A DNA stretch of 64,000 nucleotides from Mobula hypostoma (taxonomy: Eukaryota). The notes under the pieces are model-generated. The model had not been told where the DNA came from, searched no databases, and saw only the letters and a list, made by a program, of their open reading frames with translations. The stretch is taken from the NCBI RefSeq assembly GCF_963921235.1, contig NC_086107.1, forward strand, positions 95,854,001-95,918,000, given 5' to 3'. This document shows positions 62,845-64,000 of the stretch, piece by piece (position 1 is the stretch's first letter; every line of letters starts with the position of its first letter). A program made the position numbers and the translations under genes.

Positions 62845-64000
62845 GAGGTCCCCCACCACCCTCTTCTCTCCGGTACTACCTGCCCGCCCCCCCCCACCCC
62901 AACCACCACCTCTCTTCTCTCCGGTACTGCCCCCCCCCCACCACCCCCTTCTCTCCGGTACTGCCCCCACCACCACCCTCTTCTCTCCGGTACTGCCTGC
63001 CCGCCCCCCCCACCCCAACCACCACCTCTCTTCTCTCCGTTACTGCCCCACCCCAACCACCACCTCCCTTCTCTCCGGTACTGCCCCCCCCACCACCCCC
63101 TTCTCTCCAGTACTGCCCCCACCACCACCCTCTTCTCTCCGGTACTGCCTGCCCGCCCCCCCCACCCCAACCACCACCTCTCTTCTCTCCGTTACTGCCC
63201 CACCCCAACCACCACCTCCCTTCTCTCCGGTACTGCCCCCCCCACCACCCCCTTCTCTCCAGTACTGCCCCCACCACCACCCCCTTCTCTCCGGTACTGC
63301 CCCCCCCACCACCCCCTTCTCTCCGGTACTGCCCCCCCACCACCCCCTTCTCTCCGGTACTGCCCGCCCACCCACCCCCACCACCCCCTTCTCCCCGGTA
63401 CTGCCCGCCCACCCCCACCCCCACCCCCACCCCCACCCCCACCATCCCCTTCTCCCCGGTACTGCCCGCCCCACCGCCCCCCTTCTCTCCGGTACTGCCC
63501 GCCCCACCGCCCCCCTTCTCCCCGGTACTGCCCGCCCCACCGCCCCCCTTCTCCCCGGTACTGTCCGCCCCACCGCTCCCCTTCTCCCCGGTACTGCCCG
63601 CCCCCACCCCCTTCTCTCCGGTACTGTCTGCCCCCACCACTCCCTTCTCCCCGGTACTGCCCCCCCACCACCCCCTTCTCCCCGGTACTGCCCCCCCACC
63701 ACCCCCTTCTCCCCGGTACTGCCCCCCCACCACCCCCTTCTCCCCGGTACTGCCCCCCCCACCACCCCCTTCTCCCCGGTACTGCCCCCCCACCACCCCC
63801 TTCTCCCCGGTACTGCCCCCCCCACCACCCCCTTCTTTCCGGTACTGCCCACCCGCCCCCCCCACCACCCCCCCTTCTCTCCGGTACTGCCCGCCCCCAC
63901 CACCCCCCCCTTCTCCCCGGTACTGCCCGCCCCCACCACCCCCCCCTTCTCTCCGGTACTGCCCGCCCCCACCACCCCCCCTTCTCTCCGGTACTGCCCG
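62845..64000. repeat. C-rich ~30-bp minisatellite running off the window end
   Basis: Unit CCCCTTCTC(T/C)CCGGTACTGCCCCCCCACCACC with variable C-runs. Confidence 0.97.

Noticed and set aside
62766..63975. Long Gly-rich ORFs on the minus strand (330, 311 and 159 aa)
   Set aside because: Produced by a nearly stop-free minisatellite and open in several frames; no coding evidence.

Overview
Repeat-dense eukaryotic genomic DNA. The repeat content (HE1/V-SINE-like SINEs, HER1/CR1 LINEs, Rex1/Babar LINEs, Penelope-like elements) points to a cartilaginous fish, probably a ray; this is an inference. The only host protein-coding gene I can support is the 3' half of a + strand glycogen synthase of the muscle (GYS1) type. 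It has eight coding exons equivalent to human GYS1 exons 9-16: 20353-20412, 23556-23634, 24469-24582, 30288-30414, 38667-38762, 39064-39227, 50516-50596 and 55299-55988. All have canonical AG/GT sites and splice in frame. The catalytic E-X7-E motif and the regulatory arginine helix are intact. The last exon is unusual: the conserved GSK3/CK2 phospho-relay (sites 3a-5) is degenerate, with Pro at the Ser641-equivalent and Arg at the Ser657-equivalent, and the protein ends in a ~125-aa Ser/Thr/Asn/Pro tandem-repeat extension. The rest is mostly nested, decayed transposons: CR1, Rex1/Babar, RTE, Nimb, Tx1/L1, Penelope with hammerhead-ribozyme motifs, solo LTRs, Tc1, Chapaev3-like, a hAT MITE and SINEs. 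There are also two C-rich minisatellites and a CpG-island-like putative promoter at about 62.3-62.8 kb. TE boundaries are approximate unless a TSD is quoted, and comparisons with human GYS1/GYS2 are from memory.
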